Made by a program: the position numbers and the translations under genes. The notes below the pieces were generated by a model. That model made no database searches, was not told the origin of the DNA, and saw only the letters and a program-made list of their open reading frames with translations. 64,000 nt of DNA from Kiritimatiellia bacterium. GTDB lineage: Bacteria; Verrucomicrobiota; Kiritimatiellia; RFP12; JBMNHG01. Positions 20,809-28,749 of the stretch are shown in pieces (position 1 is the first letter of the stretch; each line of letters opens with the position of its first letter). The DNA lies in assembly GCA_050950285.1 (NCBI GenBank), contig JBMNHG010000008.1:682001-746000 (forward strand), given 5' to 3'.

Positions 20809-23226
20809 TTAGGACGCGCGGACTTCGACCTGGAGTTTTTCGGCGAGGAAGGCGGTGAGCTTGGCCATGGCGGCGTTCACCTCGTCGTCGGTGAGGGTGC
20901 GGTCGGGGGCGCGGAACTCGAGGGTGTAGCCGAGGCTGCGTTTCCCTTCGGGGATCCCCTTTCCGCTGAAGACGTCGAAGAGGCGCAGGCCCGCGAGCGT
21001 CGCGGGGGCCGCCTTGCGGATGGCGGCGGCGAGGTCGCCCTGCGGGAGGTCGGCCGGGGCGATGCAGGCGAGGTCGCGCGAGACGGACGGGAAGCCGGGC
21101 ACGGGCTTCACGGACTTGATCCGGCGGAGGTTCGCCCAAAGCGGCTCGACGCGCATCTCGGCCACGGCGATGGGGGCGGTGACGCGCCAGGCGTGGCGGA
21201 GGGTGGCGGAGACGAGGCCGATGGCGCCGATTTCGCGGTTGTTGAGCTTCACCGCGGCGCTCCAGCCGGGCTGGCAGCCGGGGTGGGGGGCGGGGGTGAA
21301 CTCCACGCGTCCGGCGCGGAGGTTCGCCACGAGGCGTTCGATGGCGCCTTTGAGCCACATGGCGGCCTCTTCGTTCGAGACGGCGCGCTTGCGGTCGAGG
21401 GCGGCGCGGCCGACGGGCCCGCAGAGTCCCATCGAGAGGCGCGTCTCCTCGCGGGGGGTGCCGTCGTTGCCGGGCAGGAAGACGCGCCCGAGTTCGAAGA
21501 GGGCCACGGATTCCATCTGGCGGGCCATGTTGCGGCCGATGGACTGCACGAGTTGCGGCAGGAGGGAGTCGCGCATCACGGCGTAGTCCTGGCTCACGGG
21601 GTTGGGCAGCACCACGCGGGCTTCGGGGGTGCGGGAGTCCCAGGCGTCGAGTTCGGCGGCGGAGAGGTAGCTGTAGTGCATGACCTCGCTGAAGCCCATG
21701 CCGGCGAGCAGTTCGCCGGTGCGGACGAGGTCGCGGAAGGGGGCGTCGTCCACGCCGGGGACGGCCAGCGCGAAGGGCGCGGTGTCCGGGATGGCGTCGA
21801 GGCCGTGGATGCGGGCGACTTCCTCGACGAGGTCGGCGTCGCACTCGATGTCGCGGCGCCAGGAGGGCACGCGGAAGGTGGCGCCTTCCGGGTCGCGGGC
21901 GACGGGCTCGAGGCCGAGGGAGGAGAGGATGGCGACGATCCCGTCGTCTGGAATGTCCACGCCGATCATCTCGCGGACGCGCCGGAAGCGGAGGTCCACG
22001 GGCGGCCGGGCGGGGGCGCGGTGGTCCACGTCGAGGGCGCCGGGGGCGACGGTGCCGCCGCCGAGGGAGGTCATCAGGTGGGCGGCGCGGCGGGAGGCCC
22101 AGTCCGCGAGGTCGACGTCCACGCCGCGCTCGAAGCGGCGGGAGCTTTCGGTGTGGAGGTTGAGGCGGACGGCGGTGCGCCTGATGTCCGGCGGTGCGAA
22201 GAGGGCGCTTTCGAGGAGCACGTCTCCCGTGGAGGCGGTTTCGGCGGCGATTTCGCTTTCCGCGCCGCCCATCACGCCGGCCACGGCGACGCCGGCGCGG
22301 GCGTCGGCGATGAGCAGGGTGCGCTCGTCGAGGACGCGGTCGACTTCATCGAGGGTGCGGAGTTTTTCGCCGGGGGCGGCGCGCCGCACGATGATGGCCT
22401 GGCCGGCCAGGCGGGAGCGGTCGAAGGCGTGGAGGGGCTGCCCGCATTCGAGCATCACGTAGTTCGTGACGTCCACGAGGAGGCTGATGGCGCGCACGCC
22501 GCAGAGTTCGAGGCGCCGCCGCATCCAGTCGGGCGAGGGGCCGTCCTGCACGCCCCGGATCACGCGGGCCACGTAACGGGGGCAGGCGTCGGGGGCCTCG
22601 ACCGTCACGCTGGCCAGGTCGCCCGCGGGCGCGCCGCCTTCGGGGAAGCCGGTGGCGGGCATCCGGAGCGGGCGCCCGAGCAGGGCGGAGAATTCGCGCG
22701 CGATGCCGATGATCGAGAGGCAGTCCGGGCGGTTCCAGGTGATTTCAAGTTCCAGGACGGTCTCGGGCTTCGGGAGAAGTTGGGCGAGGGGCGTGCCGGG
22801 AATCGTTTCGGGCGGGAGCACGAGGATGCCGCTGTGGTCGGAACCAAGGCCCAGTTCGTCGGCCGCGCAAAGCATGCCGGTGGAGACCACGCCGCGGATC
22901 TTGGCGGGCTTGAGCACCGTGCCGTCCGGCATCCTTGCGCCGGCTTGGGCGAGGCAGACCTTCTGGCCTGCGGCCACGTTGGGGGCTCCGCAGACGACCG
23001 GGAACTCCTTCCCGCCGTCGAAGACGGTGCAGACGCGGAGGTGGTCCGCGTTCGGATGGGCGTCGCAACGTCGCACCTCGGCGGCGACGAACCCTTCGTA
23101 CGCGCAGCCGTGGGTCTCGACGCCCTCGACCTCCACGCCGGAGGCGGTCAGCTTGTCGCACAGGTCTTTCGTGGACAGGCCGGAGAGGTCCACGTACTCG
23201 TTCAGCCAGCTCAGGGGGACTTTCAT
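20809..23226 (-). CDS. pheT: Phenylalanine--tRNA ligase beta subunit
   Basis: MKVPLSWL, HPNADHL, VCGAPNV, NRPDCLS, RFERGVD, C-terminal RTLTDDEVN anticodon-binding domain. Confidence 0.98.
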   Translation of the reverse strand: MKVPLSWLNEYVDLSGLSTKDLCDKLTASGVEVEGVETHGCAYEGFVAAEVRRCDAHPNADHLRVCTVFDGGKEFPVVCGAPNVAAGQKVCLAQAGARMPDGTVLKPAKIRGVVSTGMLCAADELGLGSDHSGILVLPPETIPGTPLAQLLPKPETVLELEITWNRPDCLSIIGIAREFSALLGRPLRMPATGFPEGGAPAGDLASVTVEAPDACPRYVARVIRGVQDGPSPDWMRRRLELCGVRAISLLVDVTNYVMLECGQPLHAFDRSRLAGQAIIVRRAAPGEKLRTLDEVDRVLDERTLLIADARAGVAVAGVMGGAESEIAAETASTGDVLLESALFAPPDIRRTAVRLNLHTESSRRFERGVDVDLADWASRRAAHLMTSLGGGTVAPGALDVDHRAPARPPVDLRFRRVREMIGVDIPDDGIVAILSSLGLEPVARDPEGATFRVPSWRRDIECDADLVEEVARIHGLDAIPDTAPFALAVPGVDDAPFRDLVRTGELLAGMGFSEVMHYSYLSAAELDAWDSRTPEARVVLPNPVSQDYAVMRDSLLPQLVQSIGRNMARQMESVALFELGRVFLPGNDGTPREETRLSMGLCGPVGRAALDRKRAVSNEEAAMWLKGAIERLVANLRAGRVEFTPAPHPGCQPGWSAAVKLNNREIGAIGLVSATLRHAWRVTAPIAVAEMRVEPLWANLRRIKSVKPVPGFPSVSRDLACIAPADLPQGDLAAAIRKAAPATLAGLRLFDVFSGKGIPEGKRSLGYTLEFRAPDRTLTDDEVNAAMAKLTAFLAEKLQVEVRAS

Positions 23227-23266
23227 GGGGGGATTCTTCTTTGCGTGTTTCGGGGGACGGGCGGGA

Positions 23267-24286
23267 TCAGGCGAACTGGCCGAGGAAGCGGACGTCGTTC
23301 TCGTAGAACATCCGGATGTCGGTCACGCCGTAGCGGATCATGGCGATGCGCTCGATGCCCATGCCGAAGGCGTAGCCGTGGACCTTGGCCGGGTCGTAGT
23401 CCACGTACCGGAAGACACGTGGGTCGACGAGCCCCGCGCCCATGATTTCAATCCATCCGCTCTGCTTGCAGACGGGGCATCCCCTGCCGCCGCAGACATG
23501 GCAGGAGAAGTCCACCTCCACGCTGGGCTCGGTGAAGGGGAAGAAGTGCGGGCGGAAGCGCACGGCCACGTCCGGGCCCATCATCTCGCGGGCGAAGTAG
23601 CGCAGGGTGGCCTTGAGGTCCGAAAGCGACACGGGCCGGGTGTCCACGTACAGGCCTTCGCACTGGTGGAAGTTCGCGCTGTGCGTGGCGTCGGTGGTGT
23701 CGCGCCGATAGGTGCGGCCGGGGGTGATGATGCGGATGGGCGGCGGTTTGGCCAGCATGGCGCGAATCTGCACGGGGGAGGTCTGCGTGCGGAGCAGCAG
23801 GTTGTCGTCAAACCAGAAGGTGTCCGACTCGTCCATCGAGGGATGGTGGTCCGGCGTGTTGAGGGCGGTGAAGTTGTTGAAGCGCGTCTCGATGTCCGGG
23901 CCGTCGGCCACGGTGAAGCCGAGGCGGCAGAAGATGCGGGCGATTTCCGCCGAAACGAGCGACAGCGGGTGGATCGTGCCGCGGTTGGGCCAGGAGCCGG
24001 GGAGCGACCAGTCGAAGCCCTTGCCCGCGGCGGCCGGTGCGGAGGCGAGTTCGAGCTTGCGCGCCTCAAGGCGTCCGGCGAAGGCCGTGCGCCATCCGTT
24101 GACGCGCTTGCCGAACTCGGGGCGGTCGGCGGGGGCGACCTCCTTCAGCTGCTTCATGGCGGCGGGGATGGCCCCGTTGCGCCCCAGGTACTTGATGCGC
24201 GCCTGCTCCAGCGCGTCGGCATGGGTTGCGGCGTCAATCTCCGCCAGCGAGGCGGCCTGCATGGCGGAAAGTCGTTCGAGATCCAT
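23267..24286 (-). CDS. pheS: Phenylalanine--tRNA ligase alpha subunit
   Basis: LLRTQTSPVQIR, DATHSANFHQ, FPFTEPS, GWIEIMGAG, AFGMGIERIAM. Confidence 0.98.
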   Translation of the reverse strand: MDLERLSAMQAASLAEIDAATHADALEQARIKYLGRNGAIPAAMKQLKEVAPADRPEFGKRVNGWRTAFAGRLEARKLELASAPAAAGKGFDWSLPGSWPNRGTIHPLSLVSAEIARIFCRLGFTVADGPDIETRFNNFTALNTPDHHPSMDESDTFWFDDNLLLRTQTSPVQIRAMLAKPPPIRIITPGRTYRRDTTDATHSANFHQCEGLYVDTRPVSLSDLKATLRYFAREMMGPDVAVRFRPHFFPFTEPSVEVDFSCHVCGGRGCPVCKQSGWIEIMGAGLVDPRVFRYVDYDPAKVHGYAFGMGIERIAMIRYGVTDIRMFYENDVRFLGQFA

Positions 24287-24310
24287 AGGTATTCTCCTGC
24301 GTAGCGCGAC

Positions 24311-24339
24311 ATCATACCCGCACCCCCGTCCTCCCGCAA
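24311..24339 (-). promoter_or_regulatory. pheS promoter
   Basis: TTGCGG-17 nt-TATGAT on the minus strand, followed by AGGAG RBS. Confidence 0.65.
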
Positions 24340-24391
24340 TTCAAAAGGGCGGCGCCTCCTGCGTCGGGGCGCATCTCCGTTTTGCTACCGG

Positions 24392-25648
24392 CTACGCTGG
24401 GACTGCTGCCTGGGCGCAGCAGTGGTGGAGCTCCCCGTTGACGTACCATATGTACGCCTTCAGGAATGACTCGAGCCCGACTGCGGACCAGAACTGGCCG
24501 CACCGCTTGAAGCGGTTCTGCAACTGCGAACAAAGCGATTCGACCGCGCCGCTTCCGATGGGGCGCCCCAGCCTGCGCTGCCTGAGGTAGTCCATGTGGT
24601 CCTTGTGCTTCATGAAATATTCCGTCTCGCGTTGCACGGGCTTCGCGTCCCAGCATCCGTCGCCTTCGTGCGCCTTGAGGATGTCGAGCAGCGTCTTCCC
24701 CCCGTACCGCTTGAGTTTCCTGCAACGCTCCGAGAGCCACGCCTTTCGCGCGGGCTCGTCGTCCGGGAAGAGCGCCGCGGCGAGCGCGCCGAGATGCTCG
24801 GTGGCGTGGTAGTAGTCCAGCGTCCCTTCGGCGATGGTGGCGAACCTGTCCTCGAAGATGTTCCAGAGGTAAGTGCCGCCGTCCATGACGATGTAGACGA
24901 ACTTCGCCTGCATCATCCCCATCCGCCGCGCCTCGAATTCGACCTTCCGGCCGAAGTCGACCGGATCCGTGCCGGCCGGCATGCAGACTGCGTGCTTGGT
25001 GACAAGCACGCGCCTTCCCCCGCTTGTCTCCGCGGCGTGGGCGAGCTTGAAGATTGTCGCCGACTTCATCTCGCGCCATTCCACGCGCTCGGCGGCTCTT
25101 GGGTTGCGCTTCCCCCATCCCGCCCCGCGGTGCCGGGCGAACCAGCCGTCCATCATGATCACCAGCGTGTCCTCGCTCCCCGCCGCCTCCTCGCAGAGCC
25201 GGGGAAGCTTCCCTTCCTCGCAGCGCCCGGCGATGTCCCTGACGACGTCCATGACCTTGTCGTCGCTGACGGGGCACCCCCATTCCCTGCAGAGCTTCGA
25301 GGCTTTCTCGAACGATCCCGTCTCCATGGCCGTCGCCGCGATCCTCATCTCGAACGCGGGGGAGACGCAGCCGCGCCTGCCGCCGAAAAAGCGCAGGCGC
25401 ATCGGCGTCTCGTACCGACCGGACGACCGGCAGAGCCCGTTCTTCACTTTCAGTTCAACCGGCCCGAACCCGGTCGCGACCCTCATGCCGATCGTCCTGG
25501 TCTTGACGAGCGGCTTCCCGTCGCTTCCCTCGGAGGGGGTGCTCTCCGCGAGCCTCTGCAGGTAGTCTTCGTACTCCCTGCGGGCCAGTTCCATGTGTTT
25601 GCGCTGGATTGCCTTTTCGGCTTCGATCAGGTTTTTGCAGGTTTCCAT
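24392..25648 (-). CDS. ISKra4/UPF0236-type DDE transposase
   Basis: IMMDG, VMDGGTYLWN, LDYYHATEHL, PIGSGAVES motifs; lies inside the terminal IRs. Confidence 0.9.
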   Translation of the reverse strand: METCKNLIEAEKAIQRKHMELARREYEDYLQRLAESTPSEGSDGKPLVKTRTIGMRVATGFGPVELKVKNGLCRSSGRYETPMRLRFFGGRRGCVSPAFEMRIAATAMETGSFEKASKLCREWGCPVSDDKVMDVVRDIAGRCEEGKLPRLCEEAAGSEDTLVIMMDGWFARHRGAGWGKRNPRAAERVEWREMKSATIFKLAHAAETSGGRRVLVTKHAVCMPAGTDPVDFGRKVEFEARRMGMMQAKFVYIVMDGGTYLWNIFEDRFATIAEGTLDYYHATEHLGALAAALFPDDEPARKAWLSERCRKLKRYGGKTLLDILKAHEGDGCWDAKPVQRETEYFMKHKDHMDYLRQRRLGRPIGSGAVESLCSQLQNRFKRCGQFWSAVGLESFLKAYIWYVNGELHHCCAQAAVPA

Positions 25649-25658
25649 TGTCTTTCCT

Positions 25659-25714
25659 TCCTTTCGCGCTTGATACTATAGCATTCGAATGCTATAGTAT
25701 CAAGCGCGAAAGGA
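25659..25714. promoter_or_regulatory. Perfect 56-bp palindrome forming a symmetric bidirectional sigma70 promoter and RBS
   Basis: TCCTTTCGCGCTTGATACTATAGCATTC|GAATGCTATAGTATCAAGCGCGAAAGGA; each strand reads TTGATA-17 nt-(TGc)TATAGT...AAAGGA. Confidence 0.85.
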
Positions 25715-25722
25715 GAAACCAG

Positions 25723-26019
25723 ATGGAAAAAGACACCTCAGGCGATGAAGAGAAGATTCGTGCCATCAAAGAGCAGATCGTGGCTCTCGGGCCCATGCGC
25801 CCCGGACGGCTCAGCGTGCAATACCAAAAGCCCAAGGAGAAGGCCGGGCCGTTCTACCAGATCAGCTACACGATCCAGAAGCGAAGCCGCTCGGACTATG
25901 TACGCGAAGCCGATCTGGAACGTGTGAAGGCAGAACTCGAAAACTACCAGACGTTCAAGCGCCTTTGCGAAGAACTGGTTCTGGCCTCGCTGGCACTGGC
26001 AAAGTCGCGACAACGCTAG
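25723..26019 (+). CDS. 98-aa IS accessory protein, DUF6788-like
   Basis: LGPMRPGRLS..Y....GPFYQISYT...S.YV....RVKAELENYQTFKRLCEE resembles small ORFs accompanying ISKra4 transposases; AAGGAG RBS. Confidence 0.75.
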   Translation: MEKDTSGDEEKIRAIKEQIVALGPMRPGRLSVQYQKPKEKAGPFYQISYTIQKRSRSDYVREADLERVKAELENYQTFKRLCEELVLASLALAKSRQR

Positions 26020-26107
26020 CCCCTCAAAACCTGCCCCAGTCTTCCCGATGGACGAGGTGGGGAGCAAAACGGAGATGCGCCCCCTGCGTCGGCGCCTGTC
26101 TTCGCGA

Positions 26108-26135
26108 TTGCGAAAACGCGGGGGACGTGTATACT
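26108..26135 (+). promoter_or_regulatory. nudC promoter (probably leaderless transcript)
   Basis: TTGCGA-16 nt-TATACT, 7 nt before ATG 26143, no SD sequence. Confidence 0.55.
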
Positions 26136-26142
26136 TTCCGGC

Positions 26143-26901
26143 ATGGGGAACGTGCTGTTCCATGACGGGAAAGTCTGGGCGTCGCCATCGGCGGATGGCG
26201 GCGCGCGCATCGTGTTTGAAGGCGGGAGGGCGGTGGAGGAGGTCGAGCCCGGCCTCGGCGTGGGCGAATGCGCCGACGCGCCGGCGCCGGGAGCGCGGCA
26301 GGTGGATCTCCGGTCGTTGTTCGACCAGGTGCCGGAAAAGGACTTCCTTCTTGCGAGCCGCGGGTCGCAGCTCCTTCATTGGCGCCGGACGAACCGCTTC
26401 TGCGCGGTTTGCGGCGCGCCGCTGGCGCGTCATCCAAACGAACACGCCATGTACTGCGCCCGGTGCGGCGCGCTGGTCTATCCGCGCGTCAACCCGGTGG
26501 TCATCGTGCTGGTGCATGACGGTCCCCGGCTGCTGCTCGCGCGCAAGGCCGGCGGCGTGCTGCCGTTCTGGAGCCTTCTCGCGGGATTCGTCGAGGCGGG
26601 GGAGGATCTGGAGTCGGCGGTCGCCCGCGAAATCCGCGAGGAGGTCGACATCGCCGTCCGCGACATCCGCTACGTCCGGAGCCAGCCTTGGTCGTTCCCC
26701 AACAATCTCATGATCGCGTTCACCGCGGCCTACGCGGGCGGCGTCGTGCGCCCCGACGGCGTGGAGATCGCGGAGGCGGGCTGGTTTTCGCGCGAGGCCC
26801 CCCTCCCGCCGATCCCGGGCCCCGTGAGCATCGCGCGGCGTCTCATCGACGGCTTTTTCCACGCATCCGGCCCCCCTCCACACCCACCCATTTTGCCATG
26901 A
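26143..26901 (+). CDS. nudC: NAD(+)/NADH diphosphatase
   Basis: Zn ribbon RFCAVCG...CARCG..YPR, Nudix box AGFVEAGEDLESAVAREIREE, SQPWSFP. Confidence 0.93.
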   Translation: MGNVLFHDGKVWASPSADGGARIVFEGGRAVEEVEPGLGVGECADAPAPGARQVDLRSLFDQVPEKDFLLASRGSQLLHWRRTNRFCAVCGAPLARHPNEHAMYCARCGALVYPRVNPVVIVLVHDGPRLLLARKAGGVLPFWSLLAGFVEAGEDLESAVAREIREEVDIAVRDIRYVRSQPWSFPNNLMIAFTAAYAGGVVRPDGVEIAEAGWFSREAPLPPIPGPVSIARRLIDGFFHASGPPPHPPILP

Positions 26902-27554
26902 GCGTCATCATCATCGGAGCGAGCGGATTCGGCCGCGAGGCGGCCTGGACGGCGCGCCGCGCCGGACTGGAACTCGCCGGCTTCTGCGACGATTCGCCGG
27001 AGAACGGCGCGGAAGCCGCCCGGAAATGCGGCGTGCCGTTTTTGGGCGCGATCGCCGCCGCGGCGGCGGCGCATCCGTCTGCGGAGTTCTTCGTGGCCAT
27101 CGGCGCCAACCGCGTGCGCCAGGTGGTCACGGCGCAGGCGATCGCGGCGGGCTGGACGCCCCGCACGGTCGCCGATCCCACGGCCGTCGTCGCGCCGGAC
27201 GCCGTTGTCGGCCCCGGATGCTTCCTCGGCGCCTACGCCGTGGTCTCCTGCGGCTCGCGCCTCGGCGCGGGCGTGCTCGTGAACCACCAGGCGACGGTCG
27301 GCCACGACGCGCAGGCCGCCGATTTCTGCCAGCTCTGCCCCGGCGCGCGCCTGTCCGGCGGCTGTGTGCTGGAGGAGGGCGCGCTGCTCGGCTCGAACGC
27401 CGCTGTCACGCCCCTGCGGCGTGTCGGCGCGTGGGCCGTGGTTGCCGCCGGCGCCGCCGCCTTCGCCGATGTGCCCGCCGGGCAGACCCTCGTCCGCCTC
27501 TCCCACCGCGAGCGGCCCGCCGCGCCGGGAACGGGCCGGGAGGCCTCCCCATGA
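26898..27554 (+). CDS. PglD/NeuD-family sugar acetyltransferase (hexapeptide repeats)
   Basis: IIIGASGFGRE, FVAIGANRVR, TVGHDA; ATGA overlap with nudC. Confidence 0.88.
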   Translation: MSVIIIGASGFGREAAWTARRAGLELAGFCDDSPENGAEAARKCGVPFLGAIAAAAAAHPSAEFFVAIGANRVRQVVTAQAIAAGWTPRTVADPTAVVAPDAVVGPGCFLGAYAVVSCGSRLGAGVLVNHQATVGHDAQAADFCQLCPGARLSGGCVLEEGALLGSNAAVTPLRRVGAWAVVAAGAAAFADVPAGQTLVRLSHRERPAAPGTGREASP

Positions 27555-28690
27555 ACGGCCGGATCTTCCTCTCCCCGCCCCACATGGGCGGCGAGGAGCA
27601 GGCCTTCCTCGCCGAAGCCTTCGCCAGCAACTACGTCGCGCCGTGCGGACCCATGGTGGACGCCTTCGAGCGCGAGTTCGCGGAACGCGTCGGCGCCGGG
27701 GCCGCGGTGGCGCTTGCCAGCGGGACCGCGGCCCTCCATCTCGCGATGATCCACCTCGGCGTGGGCCCGGGCGACCGCGTGTACTGCCCCACGCTCACCT
27801 TCATCGCCAGCATCGCGCCCGCAATCCATCTCGGCGCCACGCCGGTGTTCCTCGATGTCGATCCCGCCACGTGGACGCTGGACCCCGGCCTGCTGGAGCA
27901 AACGCTCGCCGCGGACGCCCGCGCCGGACGCCTCCCCAGGCTGGTCGTCTCCGTGGATCTCTACGGCCAGTGCTGCGACATGGACCGCCTGGCCGCGATT
28001 TGCGCCCGGCACGGCGTGCCGCTCCTCTCCGATTCCGCCGAGGCCCTGGGCGCGACCTGGCGCGGACGCCCCGCAGGAAAGGGCGCCGCCGCCGCCGTCT
28101 TTTCCTTCAACGGGAACAAGATTCTGACCACCAGCGGCGGCGGGATGCTCGTCTCCGACGATCCCGCCACCGTCGCCCGCGCCCGCCACCTCGCCACCCA
28201 GGCCCGCCTCCCCGCCGCCCACTACGAACACGCCGAAGCCGGCTACAACTATCGCATGAGCAACCTCCTCGCGGCGGTCGGGCGCGGACAGCTCCGGGTG
28301 CTCGACGGCCGCGTGGCCGCGAAACGCCGCATCTTCGACGGCTACGTGCGCCGGCTCTCCGGCCTCCCCGGCCTCTCGTTCATGCCCGAGGCGCCGGGCG
28401 GCCGCGCGAGTCGCTGGCTCACCGTGATCCAGCTCGATCCGCAGGCCGCGCACGGCGTCGTGCCGGAGGATCTGCGCCTCGCGCTGGAGGCGGAGGACAT
28501 CGAGTCCCGCCCCGTCTGGAAGCCCATGCACCTGCAACCGGTCTTCGCGGATGCGGAGGTCCACGGCGGCGGCGCCGCCGAACGCCTCTTCCGGAACGGT
28601 CTCTGCCTGCCCTCCGGCACCGCGCTTTCCGAGGGCGACCTCGACCGGATCGCCGGCATCCTCCGTGCGACCCTTTCGTCCACCCCTTGA
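27551..28690 (+). CDS. DegT/DnrJ/EryC1/StrS aminotransferase (PglE/EpsN-like)
   Basis: IFLSPPHM, SGTAALHLA, DSAEALG, FSFNGNKILTTSGGG, GYNYRMSN, RPVWKPMHLQP; ATGA overlap. Confidence 0.93.
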   Translation: MNGRIFLSPPHMGGEEQAFLAEAFASNYVAPCGPMVDAFEREFAERVGAGAAVALASGTAALHLAMIHLGVGPGDRVYCPTLTFIASIAPAIHLGATPVFLDVDPATWTLDPGLLEQTLAADARAGRLPRLVVSVDLYGQCCDMDRLAAICARHGVPLLSDSAEALGATWRGRPAGKGAAAAVFSFNGNKILTTSGGGMLVSDDPATVARARHLATQARLPAAHYEHAEAGYNYRMSNLLAAVGRGQLRVLDGRVAAKRRIFDGYVRRLSGLPGLSFMPEAPGGRASRWLTVIQLDPQAAHGVVPEDLRLALEAEDIESRPVWKPMHLQPVFADAEVHGGGAAERLFRNGLCLPSGTALSEGDLDRIAGILRATLSSTP

Positions 28691-28749
28691 TGTCCCGAAC
28701 GAAAAACGGCGCGCCGCGATGTTCGCGGCGCCCTCCGAAGGAGCCCGCC

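Larger units (their letters stand above)
24367..26082. mobile_element. Complete ISKra4/ISLre2-type (prokaryotic Mutator-like) insertion sequence, 1716 bp
   Basis: Perfect 20-bp terminal IRs GGGCGCATCTCCGTTTTGCT (24367-24386, 26063-26082); 9-bp direct repeat CCTGCGTCG (24358-24366, 26083-26091). Confidence 0.92.

Noticed and set aside
25659..25714. Protelomerase (telRL-like) target site interpretation of the 56-bp palindrome
   Set aside because: No protelomerase or phage genes nearby; the palindrome is inside an IS and is fully explained by promoter and RBS elements
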